NCBI GenBank assembly: GCA_040901985.1 | Contig: JBBDYC010000008.1 | Span: forward strand, 112,490 to 176,489 | Source of the DNA: Gemmatimonadaceae bacterium | GTDB taxonomy: Bacteria; Gemmatimonadota; Gemmatimonadetes; Gemmatimonadales; Gemmatimonadaceae | Length of the DNA stretch: 64,000 nt | Reading direction: 5' to 3' | Shown here: positions 56,584-64,000 of the stretch, in pieces | How the letters are laid out: every line of letters begins with the position of its first letter | Position numbering within the stretch: position 1 is the stretch's first letter | Notes under the pieces: model-generated | Databases searched by the model: none | What the model was told of the DNA's origin: nothing | Seen by the model: the letters and a program-made list of their open reading frames with translations, nothing else | Position numbers and translations under genes: made by a program

Positions 56584-58734
56584 GTGCTGAAGCGCCTGTT
56601 GATGGCGGCGGTGGTCCTGGTCGCCGTTGCGTCGTGCAAGGACGCCGCGCCCCCGGTGCCGGCGTCGGTGGTCGCCATCTCGGCGACCACGCTCCCGTCG
56701 GCGGTCGTGGCCAGCGTGGTCGCGACGGCGCCGACGTTCGAGGTGCGCACGGCAAGCGGAAAGGCGATCAAGAACGTGACGGTGAGCGTCGCGGTCACCG
56801 CGGGCGGTGGCTCCATCGCCAATGCGCCGGTGAAAACGCTCGCCGGCCCGACGCCGATTGGCGAGTGGACGCTCGGTACGGGCGCCGGCGGACAGTCGGT
56901 GACGGTCACCGTGCAGGACCTGGCGCCGGTGGTCTTCTCCCTCGAAGCCACGCCAGGCGCCCCGACGGCGGTCGTGATGGTCGAGGGCGACCTGCAGCGC
57001 GCGCCGGAGAACGGGCCGATCCCCAATCCGATCCGCGTCCGCGTCCGCGATGTTCATAACAACGGCGTCCCGGGCGTGACCGTGACGTGGGCGGTGGATG
57101 CGGGCGGCGGCGACCTCCCCTCGGGGACCACTTCGCTGAGCGACGCCACGGGAGTGGCGACCGCGCCGACTTGGACGGTCGGCCTCGACGGAAGCGGCGA
57201 GCAGGGACTCACGGCGACCGTCGGTGCACTGCCAACGGTGCGATTCACCGCCGTGGTGCAGGACCCGCCGGCGAGCATCACCGCGGAGACAGTGCCGCCA
57301 GGGAGCGTGATGGTTGGCTCGGTGATCAATCCCGCCCCCACCTTCGTGGTGCGCGATGCCGAGGGGAACGCCCTCTCGGGGCTCCCGGTGACGATCACCG
57401 TGACGGATGGCGGCGGGTCCGTGACCGGGGCGCCGGCCGTCTCGGCCGGTGGCGAGACGTCAATCGGCACGTGGACCGTCGGTACAACGCCCGGTTCCCA
57501 GGTCGTGACCGTCGCGGTGGATGGAGTGCCCGATGCGGTGTTCGCGACCACGACGGTCGTCGGTCCGCCTCACAACCTGGTGGTGGTTGAGGGCGGCGGC
57601 CAGAGCGCGCTCGCCGGCGCTGCGCTGGCGACGGCGATCCGTGTCCGGGTGCGTGACCTCTACAATAATCCGCTTCCCGGCGAGAGCGTGGCGTGGGGCA
57701 TCGCCGCCGGTGGGGGTAGCCTCTCCTCGGGCGAGAACTCGGTGGCCGACGGGGCGGGAGAGGCCACCGCGCCGACCTGGACACTCGGCCGACTCGGCGG
57801 GGATCAGGCGCTCCTCGCGTTCTCCGGGTCGGCGCAGTTGGTGATCCCCGCGACCATCCTGACGGCGTATCCGCTCGAGCTGCGTTATAACGGCGGGCTG
57901 CCGGCCGAGGGCGTGCAGCAGGCGTTCACGAACGCCGTGAATCGGATTCGCGCGACGATCGTCGGCGCGCTTTCGGCGGCAATCGTGACGTCGGAGTCCA
58001 CGCCGGGGCAGTGCGTGGCCGGGGTAACGATCGCCGAGACGGTACCGACCGAGGGCATCATCATCTACGCGACTGTGGAACCGATTGACGGGGCGGGCGG
58101 CATTCTCGGCTCGGCGGGCCCCTGCTATATCCGGAGCAGCAGCGCAGCGATCGGCCCTTCGCTGACGGTGATCGGCCGGATGCGCTTCGACAGTGCGGAC
58201 CTCGACAATATGCTGGCGCAGGGCACGCTCGAGTCGGTGATCCTGCACGAAATGCTCCACGTCATCGGCATCGGCACGCTCTGGGGAACGCTCGGCCTGC
58301 GGAACGGAACCGCGCCGACGGTGAAGCCGTTCTTCACCGGCACCCTCGCCAAGGACGCCTGCATCAACGACCACGGCGGCGGCGCGTTCTGCGGCGGCGG
58401 CGTGCCGATTGAGGACTGTCTCGATCTCACCGTCTCGTGCGGTAGCGGTACGATCAACTCGCACTGGAAGGAATCGGTCTTCCGCACCGAGCTGATGACG
58501 GGCTTCCTGAACACCGGCCTGAACCCGTTCTCGAAGATGACGGTCCAGTCGCTTGCCGATATGGGCTACACCGCGAACGTCCTCACCGCCGACGCCTACA
58601 CGGTGCCGCCGCCGAGCCTGATGGCGCTGTTGATGGCGCCGCCAGTGAAGCTGGCCGAGCCGACGGGCCCGATTGGGGTCGTGACCGAGTCGGGGCGGGT
58701 CGAGCCGATTGTCCGGCCTCCCGACGACCACTAG
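56584..58734 (+). CDS. Ig-like domain plus leishmanolysin-like metalloprotease lipoprotein
   Basis: VASC lipobox; Big_1-like units; LHEMLHVIGIG, SHWKE...ELMTG. Confidence 0.85.
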   Translation: MLKRLLMAAVVLVAVASCKDAAPPVPASVVAISATTLPSAVVASVVATAPTFEVRTASGKAIKNVTVSVAVTAGGGSIANAPVKTLAGPTPIGEWTLGTGAGGQSVTVTVQDLAPVVFSLEATPGAPTAVVMVEGDLQRAPENGPIPNPIRVRVRDVHNNGVPGVTVTWAVDAGGGDLPSGTTSLSDATGVATAPTWTVGLDGSGEQGLTATVGALPTVRFTAVVQDPPASITAETVPPGSVMVGSVINPAPTFVVRDAEGNALSGLPVTITVTDGGGSVTGAPAVSAGGETSIGTWTVGTTPGSQVVTVAVDGVPDAVFATTTVVGPPHNLVVVEGGGQSALAGAALATAIRVRVRDLYNNPLPGESVAWGIAAGGGSLSSGENSVADGAGEATAPTWTLGRLGGDQALLAFSGSAQLVIPATILTAYPLELRYNGGLPAEGVQQAFTNAVNRIRATIVGALSAAIVTSESTPGQCVAGVTIAETVPTEGIIIYATVEPIDGAGGILGSAGPCYIRSSSAAIGPSLTVIGRMRFDSADLDNMLAQGTLESVILHEMLHVIGIGTLWGTLGLRNGTAPTVKPFFTGTLAKDACINDHGGGAFCGGGVPIEDCLDLTVSCGSGTINSHWKESVFRTELMTGFLNTGLNPFSKMTVQSLADMGYTANVLTADAYTVPPPSLMALLMAPPVKLAEPTGPIGVVTESGRVEPIVRPPDDH

Positions 58735-58737
58735 GCG

Positions 58738-61299
58738 CTAGGCGACGACGGCGAGCGGCTCGCCGGCCCCCTTGCTCGGTTCGGGGAGCAACGCGAGTGC
58801 GAGGACCTGCTCGAGCGACTCGACGAAGTGGAAGCGCAGCGCCTTCCGCGCCTCCTCCGGCACGTCCTCCACGTCGGCCTCGTTGTCCTTGGGCAGGATG
58901 ACGTCGGTGATGCCCGCGCGCAGCGCGCCGAGGACCTTCTCCTTGACGCCGCCGATCGGCAGGACGCGACCGCGGAGCGTGATCTCGCCGGTCATCGCGA
59001 GGTCCTTCCGCACGGGGCGTCCGCTCATCTCACTGGCCAGGGCGGTCGAGATCGCCACGCCGGCCGACGGGCCGTCCTTGGGAATCGCGCCGGCGGGCAC
59101 GTGGATGTGCGTCTCGACCGTCCCGAGCCGCGAGCGCGGAATGCCCAGCTTCTCGGCGTTCTTGGTGATGTAGGTGAACGCCGCACGAGCCGACTCCTTC
59201 ATCACGTCGCCGAGCTGTCCGGTGAGGATCAACGCGACCGGCGCCGCCGAGCCGGCCGCATCGCCGGGCGCCGGCGTCGTGATCGGACGCACCGAGGCCT
59301 CGACGAACATGATGTCGCCGCCCATCGGCGTGTAATACAGCCCGGTCGCGATCCCGACTTCGTGCGCGACGTTGGCCTTCTCGGGGTGCACCTTCGGCCG
59401 ACCGAGGAGTTCGCGCACCTCGTCGGCGGTGATGACGCCGTTCACCGTCGGGTCGGCGCCCGCCTTGGTGGCAATCCGCCGCGCGACCTTGCGCGCCACC
59501 TTGCCCACTTCGCGCTCGAGCTGCCGCACGCCGCTTTCGCGCGTGTACTTGGTCACCAACGCTGCGATCGCCCCGTCGTCGAACGTCAGCTCCTTGCCGG
59601 CGAGGCCGTTCTCCTCAAGCTGACGCGGGATCAGGTACTTCCTGGCGATCGCGGCCTTCTCGCGCTCGGTGTAGCCGGCGAACTCCACGACCTCCATCCG
59701 GTCGAGCAGCGGCCCGGGGATGTTCTGGATGAAGTTCGCGGTCGCGATGAAGAGGACCTCGGAGAGGTCGAATGGCACGCCGAGGTAGTGGTCCGTGAAG
59801 GTGTCGTTCTGCGCGGGGTCGAGCACCTCGAGGAGCGCGCTCGACGGGTCGCCTTGGAACGACACGCCGAGCTTGTCCACCTCGTCGAGCAGGAAGACGG
59901 GGTTCTTGGTCCCGGCCTGCTTCATCCCCTGGATGATCCGGCCGGGCATCGCGCCGACGTAGGTGCGGCGGTGGCCCCGGATGTCGGCCTCGTCGCGGGC
60001 GCCGCCGAGGGCGATGCGCACGTACTCGCGGCCGAGCGCGCGGGCGATGGACTTGGCGATGCTCGTCTTGCCGACGCCCGGCGGGCCGGAGAAGAGGAGG
60101 ATCGGTCCCTTGGCCATCGCGCGGGCCTTGGCCTCGCGCTTGTCGGTGATCGTGCGGGCGTCGTCGTCGTGGTTGCTCTTGCGTGGCGTCGGCGCCGACG
60201 GAGCCTCCTCGGCGCGCTCCTTGAGCTTCGCCACCGGGAACTCCCCGGTCCGGTCCATCTCGTCGGAGAGCTGCTGCGCGCGGAGTTGACGCACCGCGAG
60301 GAACTCGAGCACGCGGTCCTTCACGTCCTGCAGGCCGTAGTGATCCTCCTCGAGCACCGTCGAGGCGTGCGTGAGGTCGAGCTGGTCGTCCGAGCGCGTG
60401 TTCCACGGCAACTCGGCAATCCACTCGAGGTAGGTGCGAATGACCTGCGCCTCCATTGACTCGCGACCGGCGCGTTCGAGGCGCCCGAGCTCGCGCTCGA
60501 CCTCGGTGCGCGCCTCCTTGGGGAGCACAAGCTTGGTGAGCTTCGCGCGGAGCTCCTCAATCTCCTTGCTCTGGTCGTCGTCGCCGAGCTCCTTCTGGAT
60601 TGTCTTCATCTGCTCGCGGAGGAACATCTCGCGCTGGCGCTCGCCGAGTTCCTCCTGCACCTGCGACTTGATCTCGTCCTGCGCCTCGAGGAGCGAGATC
60701 TGGCGCTGGACGTGCACGAGGACCTTCCGGAGCCGCTCCTCGACGGAGAGGGTCTCGAGGAGACCCTGCTTCTCGGGGACGGAGAGCTCGATGTAGCCGG
60801 CCACGAGGTCGGCGAACCGGCCCGGTTCGGTGACCGAGTCGAGGACCTGGTGCACGACCTCCTCGGGGAGCCCGCGCCGCTCGCCGAGTTCACCGGCGCG
60901 CTCGCGAATCTCCTTGTGGAGCGCCTCGAACGCCGCATCCTTGTCGTCGAGCGGCGTCATCTCCTCGGCGTCCACGACCACGGCGGCGAGGAATCCCTCG
61001 CTGGTCGAGTACTGCAACGAGCTCGCGCGCTGTTCGCCGTGGAGGAGCAACTGGACGCCGCCGAGGCCGCGCTGGATCTGTCCAATTCGCGCCACGACGC
61101 CCATCGAGTAGAGGATCTCCGGCGCCGGTTCCTCGGCGTTGTCGCGCTGGGCGACGGCGAAGACCAACCGATCGCCCTTGAGCGCCGACTCGATGGCACG
61201 GAGCGTGCCCGGGCGGCCGGCCGCGATGGGCGCCGTGAGTCCGGGGAAGATGACCGTTCCACGAAGAGGAAGGACGGGAAGGGTCTGGCGAGTGGCCAT
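58738..61299 (-). CDS. lon: Lon protease
   Basis: [37 protein letters not shown]. Confidence 0.96.
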   Translation of the reverse strand: MATRQTLPVLPLRGTVIFPGLTAPIAAGRPGTLRAIESALKGDRLVFAVAQRDNAEEPAPEILYSMGVVARIGQIQRGLGGVQLLLHGEQRASSLQYSTSEGFLAAVVVDAEEMTPLDDKDAAFEALHKEIRERAGELGERRGLPEEVVHQVLDSVTEPGRFADLVAGYIELSVPEKQGLLETLSVEERLRKVLVHVQRQISLLEAQDEIKSQVQEELGERQREMFLREQMKTIQKELGDDDQSKEIEELRAKLTKLVLPKEARTEVERELGRLERAGRESMEAQVIRTYLEWIAELPWNTRSDDQLDLTHASTVLEEDHYGLQDVKDRVLEFLAVRQLRAQQLSDEMDRTGEFPVAKLKERAEEAPSAPTPRKSNHDDDARTITDKREAKARAMAKGPILLFSGPPGVGKTSIAKSIARALGREYVRIALGGARDEADIRGHRRTYVGAMPGRIIQGMKQAGTKNPVFLLDEVDKLGVSFQGDPSSALLEVLDPAQNDTFTDHYLGVPFDLSEVLFIATANFIQNIPGPLLDRMEVVEFAGYTEREKAAIARKYLIPRQLEENGLAGKELTFDDGAIAALVTKYTRESGVRQLEREVGKVARKVARRIATKAGADPTVNGVITADEVRELLGRPKVHPEKANVAHEVGIATGLYYTPMGGDIMFVEASVRPITTPAPGDAAGSAAPVALILTGQLGDVMKESARAAFTYITKNAEKLGIPRSRLGTVETHIHVPAGAIPKDGPSAGVAISTALASEMSGRPVRKDLAMTGEITLRGRVLPIGGVKEKVLGALRAGITDVILPKDNEADVEDVPEEARKALRFHFVESLEQVLALALLPEPSKGAGEPLAVVA

Positions 61300-61522
61300 T
61301 GAGGAGGTCCGGGTCCGCGAGAGAGGGGCGCGTGGGAGCGCCTGGGTAGGACCCAATCTCGCAAGGAGCGTTCCGCCCTGACTTACGACATCCTGGCGGG
61401 GATTGCAACTTTAGACCGCCGTCCTGACGTAGGGCCTGCCACGGTGCCACCGCGCATTGGTGTCAAGGCAAGCGGGGTGGTATCGTCCTCCGTTCGCCGG
61501 TCCCCGAATCCTGAACCGCATC

Positions 61523-63418
61523 GTGAGCGAATCCCGCCTCAGCCAGTCCGACGCCGAACTGCGCTCGCACGTCGTGCGGGTGCTCGACGCGCAGTACGAG
61601 GTGGAGAAGGAGGTCGGGCGCGGTGGGATGGGGATCGTGTACAAGGGACGCGACAGGCGGCTCAAGCGGCCGGTGGCGATCAAGGTCCTGCCCCCGGAGC
61701 TCGCGTTCCGCTCGGAGATCCGGTCGCGCTTCCTGCGCGAGGCGGAGATGGCGGCCCAGCTGAGCCATCCGCACATCGTGCCGATCTACTCGGTGGACGA
61801 GCGCGAGGGGCTCGTCTACTTCGTGATGGCGTTTGTCGAGGGGGAGAACCTCGGGACGCGCATCGCGACGCGCGGCCCGGTGCCGCCGGACGAGGCGCGT
61901 CGGATCCTCCGCGAGGTGGGTGACGCGTTGGCCTACGCGCACTCGCAGAACACCGTCCATCGCGACATCAAGCCGGACAATATCCTGCTCGACGCAACGA
62001 CCGGGCGCACGATGGTGACCGACTTCGGCATCGCGCGCGCGGTGAGCGAGGGCGCCGAGGCGAAGCTGACGGCGACCGGGATCGCAATCGGCACGCCGGC
62101 GTTCATGTCGCCCGAGCAGTCGGCGGGCGACCGCGACATTGATGGCCGCACCGACCTCTACTCGCTGGGGATCGTCGCCTACCAGATGCTCTGCGGCGAC
62201 CTCCCGTTCAACGCGACGAGCACCCCGGCGCTCCTCGTGAAGCATCTCTCGGAGCGGCCGGTCCCGATTGACCAGCGGGCGAACGTGCCGCCCGATCTCG
62301 CGCGGGCGGTGATGCTCTGCCTCGAGAAGAACCCCGAGGATCGCTTCCGCAATGCGCGGGAGTTCGTCCAGGCGCTGGAGACGGGCATCGTGCCGAGTCT
62401 GCCGGTGCGCGCGGGGACGGCGTATCCGCAATCCACGCCGTCGTGGACGCCGGTGGCGCCGATGGACCCCGACGCCCCGACGCCGGCGGAACTCGTGCGC
62501 TGGATGGACCCGAAGGTCATCGGGTTCCGGAAGGCGATCGCGCCGTTCCTCTTCGTGACCGGTGTGCTCTTTGTGATCTCGCTGATTGGCCCCAACCTGC
62601 TGATCATCTCGGCCTTCTGGGGCATCAGCGTCGCATACAAGTACGCACGCCTCTGGAGCGACGGCTATGACTGGCGCGACGTGTTCAAGCAGCCGCGCGA
62701 CAAGATGATCGTGGACGTGGCGGCGGAGACGCTCGACGACGCGAAGGCGATCTTCAGCCCGCAGAAGCGCGCCGAGGTGCGTGAGCGCGATCGTCGTCGC
62801 CGGCTGAGTGCGGGGACCGTCTCGCCGGAGTCCGGCGTGAACGCGCTCTCGACCGCCGATGCGGCAGCGCTCGGGTCGGGGCCCCACGCGGCGACGGCGC
62901 GCCAGGCGCTGCTGGACCGCGAGGAGGTGTTGCGCCTCGTGGAGACGTTACCCAAGGCGGATCAGGCGCGGATCCCGGACGTGGGGCCGACGGCGCGCCA
63001 GCTCGCCGAGAGCGTGCTCGGGCTGGCGTCGGCGCTGTCCACGCTCGAGGCCGAGGCCGGCACCGGGTCGCTGGCGGCGATGGGGCGGGAGATCACCACG
63101 CTCGAGGCGCAGGCCAATCCGCTCGACCACGCGGCGAGCGAGACGCGGGTCCGCCGGCTGGCCTCGCTCAAGCGCAACCGCCGGGCTGCCGCGGAGCTCG
63201 AGATGCGCCGCGGCGAGTACGCGGGGAAGCTCGAGAGCTGCGCGCTGGCGCTGCAGAACCTCAAGTACGACATCCTCCGGCTGAAGTCGGGAAACCAGAG
63301 CTGGCAGCACGTGACGTCGGTGGCCGAGGCGGCGATGCAGCTGGCGAAGGAAGTGGACAGCGCGGTGTACGTGGGGGATGCGATGTCCCGGCTGGAGCGT
63401 CCCGCGCGACGTGAGTGA
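61523..63418 (+). CDS. Hanks-type Ser/Thr kinase with two TMs and a helical C-terminal domain
   Basis: GRGGMG, VAIK, HRDIKPDN, DFG, SPE; start uncertain. Confidence 0.92.
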   Translation: MSESRLSQSDAELRSHVVRVLDAQYEVEKEVGRGGMGIVYKGRDRRLKRPVAIKVLPPELAFRSEIRSRFLREAEMAAQLSHPHIVPIYSVDEREGLVYFVMAFVEGENLGTRIATRGPVPPDEARRILREVGDALAYAHSQNTVHRDIKPDNILLDATTGRTMVTDFGIARAVSEGAEAKLTATGIAIGTPAFMSPEQSAGDRDIDGRTDLYSLGIVAYQMLCGDLPFNATSTPALLVKHLSERPVPIDQRANVPPDLARAVMLCLEKNPEDRFRNAREFVQALETGIVPSLPVRAGTAYPQSTPSWTPVAPMDPDAPTPAELVRWMDPKVIGFRKAIAPFLFVTGVLFVISLIGPNLLIISAFWGISVAYKYARLWSDGYDWRDVFKQPRDKMIVDVAAETLDDAKAIFSPQKRAEVRERDRRRRLSAGTVSPESGVNALSTADAAALGSGPHAATARQALLDREEVLRLVETLPKADQARIPDVGPTARQLAESVLGLASALSTLEAEAGTGSLAAMGREITTLEAQANPLDHAASETRVRRLASLKRNRRAAAELEMRRGEYAGKLESCALALQNLKYDILRLKSGNQSWQHVTSVAEAAMQLAKEVDSAVYVGDAMSRLERPARRE

Positions 63419-64000
63419 CGACCCACTCTTCGCACGGTGCGTGGCGGCGGTCGCGGGGCTCTATGAGATCGAGGCCGAGATCGGTCGCGGTGGGATGGCG
63501 GTGGTGTACCGGGCGCGCGACACCCGCCTCCGCCGCCGCGTCGCGCTGAAGGTCCTCCCGCCGGAGCTTGCCTACCGCGAGGAGGTGCGCACGCGATTCC
63601 TCCGCGAGGCCGAGATGGCGGCGCGGCTGTCGCACCCCCACATCGTCCCGATCCACTCGGTGGACGAGGCCAACGGCCTCGTCTACTTCGCAATGGGACT
63701 GGTCGAGGGAGAGTCACTCGCCGCGCGGTTGCACCGCGAGCCGCGCCCACCGGTCCCCGAGGTGCGGCGGATCCTGCGGGAGGTGGCCGACGCCCTCGAC
63801 TACGCGCATCAGCAGGGCGTGGTGCACCGCGACATCAAGCCCGACAACATCCTGCTCGAGCGGAGCAGTGGCCGCGCGCTCGTCACCGACTTCGGGATCG
63901 CCCGCGCCGCCGAGGGGGACCAGCGCCTGACGGCCACCGGGATCGCCGTCGGCACGCCGTCGTATATGAGCCCGGAACAGGCGATGGGCGAGCGCGAGGT
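63411..64000 (+). CDS. Second Ser/Thr kinase (runs off window)
   Basis: Manual translation MSDDPLF...GRGGMAVVY...HRDIKPDN...DFG...GTPSYMSPE. Confidence 0.9.
   Translation, partial: MSDDPLFARCVAAVAGLYEIEAEIGRGGMAVVYRARDTRLRRRVALKVLPPELAYREEVRTRFLREAEMAARLSHPHIVPIHSVDEANGLVYFAMGLVEGESLAARLHREPRPPVPEVRRILREVADALDYAHQQGVVHRDIKPDNILLERSSGRALVTDFGIARAAEGDQRLTATGIAVGTPSYMSPEQAMGERE

Overview
High-GC bacterial chromosomal window. Gene content and style are consistent with Gemmatimonadota (inference). It is mostly housekeeping and envelope genes: nupC, greA, glpD, fadI/fadJ, rsgA, pdxH, moaB, phhA, a fused 2-oxoacid dehydrogenase E1, nadE, PBP1A, lon and Ser/Thr kinases. No rRNA, tRNA, CRISPR array or transposase was seen. 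Highlights: (1) a leaderless 30-codon, Tyr-containing leader peptide with 1:2/2:3/3:4 attenuator structure upstream of phenylalanine 4-hydroxylase, a candidate tyrosine-sensing attenuator; (2) an 8-kb signalling locus with an ECF sigma, a membrane-anchored anti-sigma-like protein carrying 22 tandem 9-aa repeats, an outer-membrane gluzincin/propeller/barrel protein, a PrsW protease, a REC-PP2C phosphatase and an in-frame RsbW-STAS fusion; (3) a densely structured ~450-nt region between convergent genes, a candidate ncRNA, next to a USP/CBS stress cassette marked by a shared palindrome; (4) a greA leader terminator, gene remnants (mscL), heptamer repeats and many apparently leaderless genes. All calls were made by eye from the sequence; no searches or folding programs were run.
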